Origin: Balanoglossus misakiensis
Taxonomy: Eukaryota > Animalia > Hemichordata
DNA length: 64,000 nucleotides
Direction of reading: 5' to 3'
Assembly (NCBI GenBank): GCA_040954595.2
Contig: CM082578.2
Coordinates: 7,859,519 to 7,923,518 of the forward strand
Made by a program: the position numbers and the translations under genes. Under the pieces are notes generated by a model. It was not told the origin of the DNA. It saw nothing but the letters and a program-made list of their open reading frames with translations, and ran no database searches. Shown here one piece after another: positions 26,601 to 39,306 of the stretch (its first letter is position 1; each line of letters begins with the position of its first letter).

Positions 26601-29600
26601 TACGTGGGACGGTGTCACACCGTACGTGAAAATTGTCTGCAACCACATAGTGAACAGTACAGTTGCATTTTACCTTTCGAGGCCATATTTCTCATTCAAA
26701 AAAAGTGTGGAACCTCCACAAACCATATATTTTGTGTAAAGCTGGGCATCTGAACTTTTCCTTGATTTATAGGCTATGCTCTAAGCTGGAAGGTGGATAG
26801 ATTTTAAATCCAAACGCTCACTTATTTGGTACTACATGTTTATCATGCAAAAGAATTAAACTTAAAGAGTGGGTGTCACTTTTTCTCAAGAGCTTTACAT
26901 GAACAGAAACTGGTGTTTTGTTTGCATTACCTGTACTGAGTCATCCCACTGTGACTTGAAAGATTGGGATTTTAAAAATTGATGAAAATCGCCCTGAGCC
27001 AAATTCACTTGACATTTATTCCCTAGCCCTGCAAGTACAAATATTTGTTTTGTGGTTCAATGTGTATAGAATCAAGTGTGTGAACATGAGCATAAGACAA
27101 AGCAACTTGTCTCACACTGCTATTTCTTCAGATTTGTACAAGGTTGTGAATCTTATAGCCTATGGATTCTTATTCGCTGTGGGCTGCCCCATCAACCGAT
27201 ATGATTTATCATGAATAACTGGATACCTGTCTAGATAATTGTGACTTATTCTAATTCTTTTGATTTAGTTTTATTTTGATTTGGTTTGTCTTAATGTTGC
27301 TTTCAGTGTAAATACACATACTTTGGCCCGGCTGCAAGATGCAAGAAAGAAAACCATTCATTGAAATGGCATGACGCGAAGCAGAGGTTCTTTGTCTGCA
27401 AAGACTGTAACACGAGAATGTTTACTTTCAATAAAATCCCCAATACTAGTTGTCGGTGAGTTCTGAATTGTCGTTTGTTTGTCTGTCTGTCTGTCTGTCT
27501 GTATGTATGTATGTATGTACGTACGTATGTTTGTTTGTTATGTTTGAGTTCCTTCATATATTCAAAATTAAGTCAACTTACGGAAGATCAACTTACAGAA
27601 AATAAAACTGATGAAACTAGTGAAATACATTTCATATGATTTTTTTTTCTGAACTTTCATGTCTCTGTCTGATTTCAATACATGTACCATAAATAATGTA
27701 GCTAGAAAAATAAAGTAATAAATGAAATACATTTTTGCTTTTTTTACAGAAATTGTGGTGGTGCAAAATTTAACAGGACAGGCATGTTGACTGTGAGTAC
27801 ATACTTCATGTATTGTTTACGAACTCTATTTGCCGCAATATTGCCGCAACAAATATGACAGCAATTAGATTGGTTTTGATCTTCAAAACATTAAGTATTG
27901 ATACCACTTGTAGCTGTTTATCCTCAAGGAATGTTCGTAACATTCAATATTTATAACTAAACTTCAAATACAAAGTCATTGCCAATCAAATATTCATATT
28001 TTTGCTTAAATTTCATACAAAGCCATAAAAATTGAAGTGCCTGGCGTTTAAAGCCCCATGAGCAATTTTCGCATATTTTCTTTTCAAGAATAAATAATTC
28101 AATCTTCTCCCTATCCTTTATCATCATCCCCATTAAGCTATATTACCTGTATTTGCGTCAGTTTCACATCTCTCGGCGACACATGTTACCATGATAGTTG
28201 TGCACTCTAGCTGTTGTAGGCAGATTAAACGGGTGTGGCTCCTGTTTAATATATATACCATGTTCAAATTGCAACATAATATGTACATGCAGTCAAAATC
28301 GGGCATTGATAAGACATTCATGTATACCTATCAGTAAGTTTATGTAGATTGACCAATTTAAGTTTGAAATCATGAAAATCGTTCAAAAATGGCGACTCAT
28401 GGGGCTTCAAGGATGTAAGATCAGTAAAATTGAAAGTACATCGTATGATTTGATTTTCTCAAACTTGTAATAATTCTGGCTGCAGCATTTTGAGCTTACT
28501 GTTGTAGATTGCTATAGGATTCAGGAAGTCCGTACAGCAATGTATTGCAGTGATATAGTTTTGATTGTGCAGGTGGTGACATTTTGTCTGGTTATCTTGT
28601 AATGTAAGTCATTGTAGACTTATAACTATAAGTTCATGACCGGTTCTTTCACTTTTCTCGTACCTGGATTGAGAGTACACTGTGAGAGCCATCGGTGTTG
28701 GGTTCTGCTGCCGATCTGTCTGCACATAATGTCACGTGTAGCTGCAGATCCATAGCAAGGCGGAAGGGATTATTGATAATTTGTGAAGGTTTGAGTACTT
28801 TAGGTGGCTAATACTTCAAGGCCTGACCGGTTGTTAAAGATGGATTAGGGTTTTTTCTTTTTGTTGGATGGGTTATAATCTGATGTTCATTGGCTTGCCG
28901 TTGATAGCAGAACTAGGTTCAAAATGTTCGGTTCGTTGCACTGTTGGCTCTTCAAGCGATTGTTGTTGTGCAGTCGAACGGAAAAGAAGGCTTATTTTTG
29001 AAGGCGGGAGCCTGATTTTTCCAGTTTTACAAAGTCAACATGTTTTACTGTGTTGCCAATGGAAGTGGAAAGTCAAAAGATTGGTGTCTCATTGTTACTT
29101 TTGAAAACTGCGCGTCTTGTTTGCTGTGTTTTCATTCCAAATTGGTTACCTGAAGCAAATTACACTGCATTATGTCAGGAACCACGTTTTCTGTAGACAA
29201 CAATGCTGTTTGCAGTAATTTTTCAGGGATGTAGAAATTTCTTGTAAAAGTTGGCAAGAATAACTGGTTACAAGCAACATGAGAATACATCACATTTGTG
29301 CAAGTGTCCCCAATTTTTCATTTGACTAACAAACTCACAGCCGGGTAATTTTTTCTGACAGCCAGTTGTTTTTGCCGACTGTCAGCTATTTTCGACATCC
29401 CTGTTATCAAGACATGTAGAATGTTGATATTTTTTTGCCAATAAGCGTTGGTGGTATAGCCGTCAATTTGAACGCAAAGTTTTATTTCCTTGATGAGCTG
29501 CATTTGTTCTGCCCCCACTTTTTTCGTCCTGCTGGCCAATTTATTCCAACGATGGCCGATGGACTTAATTTAATTAGTTCAGCCCCAATGAAAGGTTGTA

Positions 29601-32600
29601 GTGTGGGCAGGTTGAAGCTGGAGACAAGGAAGAAGTCACAAATACTCCCACAGACATTTTATACAAAGGGAGGTTAATAACGTCTATCACAATAGATCGC
29701 CCCGACCGGAAGTCTTCACTCGGGTGAATTGCATTGTGACACGATGCTGCCAAATCGGAATTCATTCACGGTCAGTTTTTGCATCGTGCACAGAGATTTA
29801 CAGGTACCTGATGAAGCCCGGAAATGCTCAGTAAACGACATTACTAATACGCTCTTGTTTTTTTTTAATGAAGTGAAGTCATGTGGGAAGAACCCTGACA
29901 GGGGGGAACAAAGCTACAACATGTTGCGCAAACAACTATCTACAATGTATGTGGGTAGCAGGGTTCCGCAAATATCCGGGATTTTGAAATCACTCCACAA
30001 AAGTCCTGGGAAAAAAATTTCCTCCTGGAGCATCCTCCCAAATTGACTTAGCCAGTTATGTTTGTGATAGTGAAAACTCCTGGAATGTCACCTTTGAATC
30101 ATGAATAAAATTAATGCCTGCAAAAGTTTCTTTTCAAACTTCTCACAACTATAATTAACAGATAGATGAATGTGCATTCTGCATACTGCCCTCACCCCCA
30201 AGACTCTTATTTCATTAAACCTAATGCACTTGAAATGAAAAAAAGATAGTTGATATGTTGAGTAAAATGTCACGTCCCACTTATACACCTTCACCATCTC
30301 ATGACCCATGACATCGTGTGGACGTTTTTTCTCCAAGAAGTATTCATGGGTTCACTTAGGTGTCAGGGAACATGGATCTCTGATATTTTATGTAATACGC
30401 AAATCTCATCTTTTCTCCTCAAAATGTAGTATCACGTGCATAAATCTACGTTAATTCGATTAAAATGTGTAGCAGCAGCTGCTCGCCTTGTCTAACCGAG
30501 AGCTTGAAACGCGGAAACAGCGTCAAAGGGGGGCAGGTTTCTAATCCTTGAGTATCGCAATACGCTAACTGCAGTTGTCCACGATCAGTGTGTCAAGGAT
30601 CATTATCTAGTACTCGATTTTATTTCAACAGATGCTTGGGCCATCAAATTATACTACTGTGCGATTTCTCACAGCGAGTCTGCTCGAAACATTGCACACG
30701 CTGTGAGACGCATGACCTGTCAGTCAGAAAAAAAATCAGTCAGAAACGCAAGCCATCGTTGAAACTAAACCCTATCCCTTGTTGTATGAGAGTCAACAGT
30801 TCAGTGTTTTTCATTGTTTGAAAGCTAACTCTTGTTACTAGTACATCGCAAGAAAAAAACTGTAAGTTAAGCTAGCAATGAAAAGATACCTTTTCCAAGG
30901 TATTTTACTCCGCCGTATATAATGTACAAATGGGGAAATCCCATTGAACGAGTGGTAATGATGATATTATTCATCTGTAGGTAGCTGGAAGGCATGGTTT
31001 CATACCCATTCAACACACTTCATTCTACAGCAACATGATGCCTTGTAGAAAATCTCAGCTGCATAGCGGTATTATTAGCTGTATAAATGCATTATCTGGG
31101 TTTACGTGCAATGTGGAGATTTTACTTTGTAACTTATTATTTGTAGTGGAAACAGAGGAGTTGAATCCTGATTCAGAGCCTTTATTTTTGTTTTTTATTG
31201 TCCTCTGTGTTTTCACCATCTGTTTGTCAGAGAAAGTTAATTATTAATATTCCTCCCCCAGGATGAGGATAGGCTTCATCCATTTCCAATTTGTGACGAC
31301 TCTCAATGCCATATTATGATAAATTTTTCATTTTTTGCTATTGAACTCAGGAAAGTTAGCTGTTAATAAGTTAATGAGTTTTAAATTATTGACGTATCGC
31401 TCTTTAGGGTCCGCGAGTTGTAACTTTGAAGTGTACTTTGAAAGTTCGCAGATGTTTTGTTATTTTCAGGTGTATATATCATGTGAAATGTGGAAACATC
31501 ACGATTAGTTGAGATTATAATAACTATAGGCTAATATGCAGTATTTTCTATGAGGAATCTCTGTGGATGCTTAACTTTCGTAATGGTGGTAGTGTCGCTA
31601 ACATAATTATCCCCAAAGAGAGGGTACTGTGCCATAAATAAGACTAATGAGAAATGATACCTTTGCATGGTATTTTATTCTACAAGAAAAAAAGTTGTGT
31701 TCTGATGAGTTTCAACTGTGCCACCCCCGGGGCTATTCCTGGCAGTTTATAAATACTGGTGATTAGCCAAAGAAGACCGTTTGCATCCATACACTGTAGC
31801 TGAAGCCTCTGTCTTTACCCTTTCACCACCATGGTTCAGTCCAAACTCATTGTTTTCTATGGTAAGGTTGGACCTCTATAGACATTTACCTGCGTCAATG
31901 AAAATGTGTTGTGAACAGTAAAGTGCGTCATTTTGGGGGGAACAGGGCATATTTATAGTAACGCATGAAGTCGGGTGATTATCCCATGGGACGTATACAT
32001 AGATCTCATGGCTTCTTTTAATTGGTCGTTAGTAAATGAAATCTTGTACTGTTTAACCCCTGTTACATTTAAACCCTGATATTCTTTCTGTTGACCTTTC
32101 CACTGAAATGCCATAGTTTTCTTGTCATGCAATTTGATTTTTAATGCATCTCTTTATCAAAATGTCTTCGGTAATTGAACCTGATAAATCAAAAGCTCTC
32201 TGGCAAAATCAAGATTCAAATAACATAATTTGTACCATCCAGTAATCAAATGCAGGAATTCCATATAGCGACGGCATATTTTGACACACCTACAAACAAG
32301 GGAAATGCAGTCATTCCTGTTTAACCCTATCACCACCATGGTTTGGTCCAAATCTGTTGTTTCCTATGGAGAAAGCTGGACCTGTAAGGGGGAACTGGGG
32401 GTGAAAGGGTTTAATCCGGACACCAAAGGCACCTTAGAAAAAGGAGTAAATCACATTTTGTCTTGCATTAACTTTTGGTATGCAGTCGATAAAGGCAGAA
32501 AACATAAATCATAGAAAGTGTCAGTGCATTCATCAACACCATCTACTTGTAAATCACACAGCATGCAATATGGTATAGGTTAATTATCATTCAACTAATG

Positions 32601-32845
32601 GGCTTATTAAAAGTTCAATTTGTTGGGACCATAAAGAGCTTTGTGTGCTTTATGGTGTTGTTCATTTTTCAAGCATAAGTGTCAAGAAAAATAATGTTTT
32701 TTACAGAAGTAGGATATCAGTACTTCCTTTTTTGTTGTGCGTCCTGAAAGTGTTTTCTCTTGAATTGTAGGAGAGAAAAGGCCCAAAGATTGGTGGCGAG
32801 ACTTTATTACTTCGAGGAGAAGAACAGAAATGGGCGAGCTCTTGA
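17654..32845 (+). CDS. MCM10: Minichromosome maintenance protein 10 (DNA replication initiation factor), multi-exon, ~863 aa
   Basis: Phase-consistent exons: 17654-17870, 18242-18406, 19104-19280, 19530-19773, 20658-20820, 21192-21350, 21671-21795, 21986-22066, 22432-22518, 22677-22859, 23090-23163, 24281-24537, 25012-25159, 25458-25588, 26486-26599, 27307-27455, 27750-27792, 32771-32845 (2592 nt). Domains: N-terminal coiled coil EELRLMKEKMKQLEAQV; OB fold DWVTVGVVVNK...GKQYSIWKLNDL...LFLFGDVHKEHWK; CCCH finger CKGRRKDGKGCSMFVNKAECEFCQYH; C-terminal Zn motifs; tail ERKGPKIGGETLLLRGEE. Likely non-coding exon 1 ends at 16409. Confidence 0.95.
18880..19045. mobile_element. Tc1/mariner-type MITE (~165 bp) in an MCM10 intron
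   Basis: Inverted termini TACTGTAAAACGGGTTATTTTCGCGA ... TTGCGAAAATAGCCCGTTTTACAGTA (24/26 match) including TA flanks; no ORF. Confidence 0.8.
23450..23882. repeat. Diverged local duplication of ~100 bp (23450-23552 and 23776-23882)
   Basis: GAGTTTCACCCA..G(T/A)AAAGTGTCCTTGAAA..CAG(T/G)TCATTGAAA..ACTC(A/G)CG.. occurs twice. Confidence 0.55.
23969..24165. mobile_element. Kolobok-like MITE relic
   Basis: TTAA-AGGGATTTCT ... AGATCTCCCCT-TTAA: TTAA flanks, RR..YY ends and imperfect TIRs. Confidence 0.4.
27470..27545. repeat. Compound tetranucleotide microsatellite (TTTG/TCTG/TATG)
   Basis: Directly visible. Confidence 0.85.
28048..28410. mobile_element. Kolobok-like non-autonomous DNA transposon (~355 bp)
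   Basis: TTAA-AGCCCCATGAG ... CTCATGGGGCT-TCAA: 11-bp perfect TIR, AG..CT ends and a TTAA target site (right copy has one mismatch). Confidence 0.65.
28440..28570 (-). mobile_element. Decayed L2/CR1-group LINE reverse-transcriptase C-terminal fragment
   Basis: Minus-strand translation SKLYHCNTLLYGLPESYSNLQQ*AQNAAARIITSLRKSNH resembles the L2-clade motif SRLDYCNSLLYGLP...LQ.VQNAAARL...K.DH; it contains an in-frame stop. Confidence 0.75.
32321..32414. mobile_element. ~90 bp piggyBac-like MITE (TTAA-CCC...GGG-TTAA), copy 1
   Basis: TTAACCCTATCACCACCATGGTTTGGTCCAAATC...GGACCTGTAAGGGGGAACTGGGGGTGAAAGGGTTTAA. Related copies at 52287-52380 and 59854-59940; partial copies near 31816-31880, 33467-33500, 54791-54810 and, reversed, 57150-57243. 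Confidence 0.7.
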
Positions 32846-33344
32846 TGATGACATCATCATCCTGCAGAACCAAAATCAAAGATCTATCTTATCTTTCTAC
32901 ATAGTGTGGTGTGACTTTGTGTAAGATGGCTGCCTTCAGTCAGATGTGCACCTCCAGTAACGTTGGCACTACTCTCATTATGAATTGATACTGCATTTTT
33001 TTTATCAAGTGATCTCAAAGAGATGTAAATTTAATGCATTATTGCAGTATTGTATTCGAAATCTCACTTCAGGAAACATTCAGGAAGCCATCAATACTTT
33101 AAAAGGAAATCAACCCTGGCAAAATTGCGTAGGAAACAAGTAGAATCAATTGTAAATCCTCACGATTACACTAATCACCTTCTTTCCATCAGTAACGTAT
33201 CATTTGACATCATGGTTTTAAAATATCAAATATTATTTAGCTACTATAATTATTCAATATCTTGTTAAGAAATATTATGAGAAGCAATTTTATTGAGAAA
33301 CTTTATTGAGAAACTCTGTTTTTAATGATTTATATTTGAATATC

Positions 33345-33350
33345 AATAAA
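33345..33350 (+). promoter_or_regulatory. Candidate polyadenylation signal of MCM10
   Basis: AATAAA about 500 nt after the MCM10 stop, followed by a GT-rich tract. Confidence 0.4.
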
Positions 33351-36280
33351 AAAAAGTGGAAGTAGATTATAAAAGCTGTGTTGACATATGTATCATCCAC
33401 AAACGGTTTGTTTGTGTCCAAGCTGACCCCAAATCATTCTTTTAGGCGTGAAGAGACCATGGGTGTTTAACCCTCCCACCACTATGGTTCATCCCAATAT
33501 CCTTGAATAATGTCGCTTTTGCTCAATCATCAATTCTCAGACTGATACAATTTTGTATGAGCACCGCTTTATCATAACTTATTTTGGCACGACCACTTAT
33601 CCGCCTGCACAATAAAATTACAACTAGTCTTGCATGAAGGTATCGGAAACGGGTTTGTCCGATGTGCTTGATCCGATGGAAAATCTTTTTCTTAAAAGCA
33701 GTGCACTGGGAGTCGAGGTTATCTTATGCGTGACTGCTGTGGGCGTCACGTGTCAGGACATAAGAAGATCGTTAGTGTCTAACTGTACTTCTCAGTATTT
33801 GCGTTACATTTTGCGAAATGACGCCAGACCTCTTGTTCAACTCCTGATGCCAACTTCTATTTGATATGTCAACGTCATTTTCGCTCGTGACAAGAAAACT
33901 CACAAACCTAGTTAATTGTGTTGAACACCCCCCCCCCCCCGCCCCTCAGTGCGTCAGAAAATAGTATTCATGTTATTAATTCCGGAAATGATCTTATTGG
34001 CTTATTGTGACTTACTCTCGTAATGTGTGGGGTTTTAAAGAAAAGAAAACAAAGATAGAAAATATGACATGAGGTTTTTAAACAAATTTCGTCAAACGGT
34101 ATCGAATTGATTGAAGAGACGAGTACCACCCGGAAGATTGACCATCTAGTTGCAGATGGCAACTCACATCTGGACTGTAAGCTTTCTGTCTTTTAATACA
34201 GAAGGCATTTTCCTGGCCTATTGCATTAAAGTCACAGTCACATTTTATTTACACCGATTAGCTCCTTCGGTCACGAAGACATTTCGGGTGTAAAATGGTT
34301 AATACAAGTACCAAATGCGAACGCCATAATACATACAAAAATACAGCGAGCGAACTTACAACAGAAGTGTGTTCACGTTTTTAAAAAACCGATGACGCAG
34401 TGATTCGACATAGAGTGAACCTAGTGTTGCCTAAAGGCATGCAGGTTGAAATAACTGTTTTATTGAAATATCTGATTGGATGACCAGTGAGTGAGCTTCT
34501 GGTAATTGTACATGGAGGCACCTAAGCTGTGAATCGCTAGAATTAATTTCTTGGAAATGTATAAGTAGTTACTATCGATTATGTATAATGTAATAAATGT
34601 CAAAAGAAACTTGACTATACGCAGTTCACACAAAATCAGTATCGATATCGCAGCTATACGCGCATAGCACCCAAGACCCGAATATGTTTTATGTCCCCCT
34701 CGTGTCAACTATACTGATTATCTGATGGGTAGGGAAAAATAATGGTCTCTAGGGTGAAGTAAAGAGAAATTTTCCGGCTCATCTAAAGACAAATCAATCT
34801 GTACATACATGTTCTGATGACATCACACAAAGTAGCATATCATGGCCAAGAGATCTACAAAAGTCATCACCAGAAGACAGACAACATACTCGCAATGCTA
34901 GACGTTTGGAGCACACACGAAAGGGGTGGATGCTTTCCATATTATATGCAGCGACATCTTAACATGGAAATAACCCGAACATGCGACAACGAAGAAGGCC
35001 GTGCTCATTTCTGCTCAGAAGAGTTCACCATTTTTTTGCGATTTGTACATTATTCGCGCTGTTTCTATGCATACAGAGACCAGATAAACGTTGGAATTCA
35101 GTGGATACTGGGGCCACACACTCATGGTTCATATTGAAGCGTGGTGTTTGGCTACCCAAGACTAAGTGCTACCTTGGCCAAGAAAACAGTAATCTCGCAA
35201 TTTCCTTTGTGTAGTGGAATTGGGGGAAGTTTCGGAGGTGTGAATAGATGATGGGGGAGGGCTTCCTTCCCGTTTGCGGATTTTTGAGGAGTGTAGATAA
35301 GTCGTCGGGTGAAATTCGGAAAGGCAAGAGACGATTTGATTCACTTGGCCTCTGGAGGCATACACACCCACTCGTCGATGATGGCGCGTGACACAAAATG
35401 CCAGATATGATGATCGCATCTTGGCTTTCAACCATCATTATGAAAAAGTGACTTTAAAAGTTGCCGAGTGAAATATGACGTCCACTTTTTAGTATTGGAT
35501 GTCAAAATCAGATAATGTCGCAGAGATTTGACATTCCCGCTGGTCAAAAAAATATTATACGAGCGTTTCAATTTCACCTGCACCTTGGGACTAAAAAATT
35601 CATTTTATAGATAAATACAAGGGAGTCATAGTACACCGCAAAGACCAGGGCTTGTCGTTTTGTTCTTAGGAGAGAATGAATATTGCAAGGAAATTGTGAA
35701 TACTTTACACAACCATAGACCCTTGGGTCTATGACACAACTGTCCAGCTATCTCGTTGCATATTGCACAGGCTGAACGCTCGCGAACGTTTTCTTTTGAT
35801 CGCTTTTGCACTCTCAATAGTCAGCGTGTGTGTATTCAAGGTAAAATGATTGCAATGACAGAAATACAAATTTGTCAATTAAAGCAACCAGGGGCTATAA
35901 CTTAATTATCATAATTCAATTTCCGTTGACCGCAGAAAAATCCTAAAATGTGCCACGCTGAAGATGTTTACCTTTACGTATGCACGTGTTTGTTTGATTG
36001 CTATAAGCAGGGGAACTGAGTTCAATGTTATTTTTTTACTAATTGATCAGAGAAGGTAGGTTTACGGGTGACTTGTTACCCTTCCGGTTTTCTGTTTAAT
36101 TTCGCGATTAGTTTTCTACGTAGGTGAGAGATGAGCAATGCGCATCTTGACGGAGTTGCCACCTGAGACATGTGTGTAGGTGGTGTCTATGTTTATTAGT
36201 ATACCTGGGACGTCACAACTGATCATTGCCCGTTTGGAGTGAGAGCCACCAAGGACGTGTGAAGTGAAGCAGATTCACAG

Positions 36281-37603
36281 ATGGCGATGACAGTTTATAC
36301 CGCGGCACACAGAGGGTTCCCGTGCATCTGCGCGATGATGATGATTCTACTGGTGGGAAGAACAACGGGCAGCGCTCACTGGGAACAGCCAACCGCCGAT
36401 GAAAATCGTGGCGGCGGCAGTTATGAAATGTGGTTGCCGCGTGCTGAAGCAAGTTTTGGAGACGGGCTGGATAGTGAGATGTCGCAGGCCGAGAAGGAGT
36501 CGACATCGCACACCTTTGGAGAGAAACCGGAAGTAGCAGGTGGCGGGCCGCACCCAGTAGTTGGCTTTCCGTCAAACGTCCGACTGCTGAGCACGTTGAG
36601 GAGGAAAGCCGATGATCCGGTAGATGATGGCAGTTTTTCGATCTTCATGAAGCTACTGGCAGAAACTATGAAGGGGAGATATTGGGACGAGGCGGGGAGT
36701 CGTTCGCCGGATACCGCTTACGGCGAGACTTCTCTGATAAGAAAGAGACAAGACAAGGACGGCGGCGCCGACTTCATTTTTGGCGAAGATGACCGCATAC
36801 CGATCCCGGTCCTCCAGCGCCGGCGCCTTCCGTACACGAACGTCGTGCGCCTGTCGGTGGGTTGCTCGGGCGTGCTGATCACACCAAAGCACGTCCTCAC
36901 GGCGGCCCACTGCGTGCACGACGGCAGCGGCCTGCTGGAAAAGACAGACAGCATCAAGGTGGAAGTTCCCAATCTCTACAGCTTTCGACTTTACTACGTG
37001 GAGAGGATCAGCGTCCCGTCGGCCTGGGTGAAGGACAGGGCAACCAGCGACTTCGAGCGCGCCGTCCACGACTACGCCGTGCTGAGCCTGACCAACCCGA
37101 TCAGCGGACACACAAGTTTTGTGTCGATGCGCGGCGAGATCGCCAGCAGCTCGGCGAGCGTGATCAACTTCGTGGGTTACCCCGTGGACAAGTCTCCCGA
37201 CATGTGGCAGTCGTCGTGCGCGGTCAAGCAGGAGAACTTCAAGATGGGCGGCAACCTGTTGCTGACCCAGTGCGACTCGGCCCCCGGCAGCTCGGGCTCG
37301 CCCGTCTTCATCAACAACCCGCGCCAGGGCATGCGACTCATCGGCATCGTGTCGAACTCCATCTCCGTGAAGACGGGCGGCGACCACCACCACCACGTCG
37401 GCGAGGCTGAGCTGAGGTTCAACGTCATCAACCACATCACGGCCATGAAGTTCCTGCACATCTGCTCCATGGTCGAACCGGAGGGGCAAGACTACAACGT
37501 GTGCCCCTCCTGGAAGGGGCAGAGGAACGGGAACAGCAAACGGCGAAACCGTCAACGTTTTGCCGAAAACGCGCTGCGACGAATGAAAGAAAAACAGGGA
37601 TAA
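36281..37603 (+). CDS. Secreted trypsin-fold serine protease, PRSS23/PRSS35 (V8-like) type, 440 aa, intronless CDS
   Basis: Uninterrupted ORF with a hydrophobic signal-like N-terminus (CICAMMMILLVG) and a basic RKR site before IFGEDDR. Catalytic triad motifs present: GCSGVLITPKHVLTAAHCVHDG (His), DYAVLSL (Asp), CDSAPGSSGSPV (Ser). This motif set is typical of PRSS23-family and glutamyl-endopeptidase-like S1 proteases. Confidence 0.88.
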   Translation: MAMTVYTAAHRGFPCICAMMMILLVGRTTGSAHWEQPTADENRGGGSYEMWLPRAEASFGDGLDSEMSQAEKESTSHTFGEKPEVAGGGPHPVVGFPSNVRLLSTLRRKADDPVDDGSFSIFMKLLAETMKGRYWDEAGSRSPDTAYGETSLIRKRQDKDGGADFIFGEDDRIPIPVLQRRRLPYTNVVRLSVGCSGVLITPKHVLTAAHCVHDGSGLLEKTDSIKVEVPNLYSFRLYYVERISVPSAWVKDRATSDFERAVHDYAVLSLTNPISGHTSFVSMRGEIASSSASVINFVGYPVDKSPDMWQSSCAVKQENFKMGGNLLLTQCDSAPGSSGSPVFINNPRQGMRLIGIVSNSISVKTGGDHHHHVGEAELRFNVINHITAMKFLHICSMVEPEGQDYNVCPSWKGQRNGNSKRRNRQRFAENALRRMKEKQG

Positions 37604-38710
37604 ATCACATGACGGGTGTGATCAATAGCCAGAAGGGGGAGATATACTACAGAGAGGGAGAAAAGTGAAAATCATTCAAGAATTTGTGCCTCGCGTATCT
37701 GTTTATTCAGTATTTAAATGAGCCATCAAATGCAGGTGACATATCAATTTACAGGGAATATTAATTAATAAACTTTAACGACATTGTAAAATTGTTAATA
37801 TTCATCAAGTACTAGTACATGATTTTTCCCCCCAATACATCGATTTTATAGAAATTTATGTTTCGTATACATGTATTAGATACACTCTGAGTAAATTTAA
37901 CTGACGACGTTTCTGTTGAAGAAAAGAATCGCAAAGTAGTTGTTTAAAAATAATTGTTGTGTAATCGGTATAATGTCGGGTCCACCGAACCACACCGTTT
38001 GTGCCATACGCACATATTTTCTTATGTATTTCTAATGATTTTTTTCATCCTCAAACTGTCCCCAACTCTTGATCATTGCGGCGGACACTTTACGGCAGGT
38101 TTGCACGAGATAATTTTCGTTTGAAGGTAAAATCATGAAAAATATGCAAAATATATGTTCCGTACCATGGGGCTTTATAGGACTGTCATCACTTACTAAG
38201 TAAGGGATTCTGTCTCTGGCTTCCTTTACAAACTTACTTCAAAACCCAGTAGCCAGTTTAACACTGACTTCCCAAGGCAACGAAAACAGATACGGCATTC
38301 GACTTCAGTCCGGACATGTTCAGAAAGCGACAAAGAACAACACAGCTTTCGCGAATACAAGAGTTGTCTTTCACTGCCAAGAATCCGAGTTTTACGGTCG
38401 AAATTCATTTTTATTCTCGACCACACCGTCCGATCTAGATTTAGGCCTATGTATGAATCAACCCCGTGGTTACATATACAGTACACGACGAATATGTTAG
38501 CCCTCCTCTGCCTTCATTTTCTTCTTAGAGTGTTAAAGGAATCCACCAACAACATGCATTGTATTTGGGGCTTACAACGATTTATTGAGGGAAATGCCTC
38601 ATCAAAAATACTGTTGTAAATTTTAGGTGTATTTGAAATAACTGAAATAAAAGTTTTTTTACAGTGTATTCATGCTGTAAAATTGGAAATAGTGTGGCTT
38701 ACTCCTATGA

Positions 38711-38761
38711 CGTGTGTGTGTGCGTGCGTGCGTGCGTGCGTGCGCGCGCGCGCGCGCGCGT
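38711..38761. repeat. Alternating purine-pyrimidine microsatellite (TG)n(TGCG)n(CG)n
   Basis: cgtgtgtgtgtgcgtgcgtgcgtgcgtgcgtgcgcgcgcgcgcgcgcgcgt is directly visible. Confidence 0.9.
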
Positions 38762-39306
38762 AAGGCTCTTTTCTGAATATTATGAATTGTTTCTTCAGTG
38801 CCTCCCCCCCCCCCCCCACCACACACACGCAACGTAACATAAATCTTGCTTAATGCTTTCAATTTGGCCTAAGCTATTCATAATACAAGACCAATTCGTT
38901 TGCTCTTTGAAATGCATTCCAATATATACCCGGAACTTTTACACATTATCCGATCGGACAGGAGAAATTAATTCCGCTAATGTCTTCTGATAAAAAAATC
39001 CGCCACATTTGTTTGAACCATTCAATTTGTGTGACGCGTGAAGATGTTTTTCCAGAACGTAAGAAAGAACCGGATAAGATAGAAATGTGACGCTAATTCT
39101 AAAGGTCATTGGCACTTCTTGAACCTTTGTGCACAGGACTGACTCTATCACAATTAAAGTAGCGTTGGAAAACAGTCTTCCATAAACACATATTAAATAA
39201 TCTTGTAATGGATTCGGTAATTACAGGAGTAGAATTCTCCAATAGCTTTAGACAATGCAATGAACGTTGTCAAAACCAGTACACATCGTCATCAATTAAA
39301 AAAGAC

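Noticed and set aside
28650-29250. Possible Gypsy integrase C-terminal tail on the minus strand (...PGTRKVKEPV...)
   Set aside because: No integrase core, LTR or polypurine tract is recognisable; the resemblance is too weak to call.
36653-37555. 300-aa antisense ORF and other overlapping ORFs inside the protease gene
   Set aside because: Shadow ORFs produced by the high GC3 of the sense CDS; no recognisable motifs.
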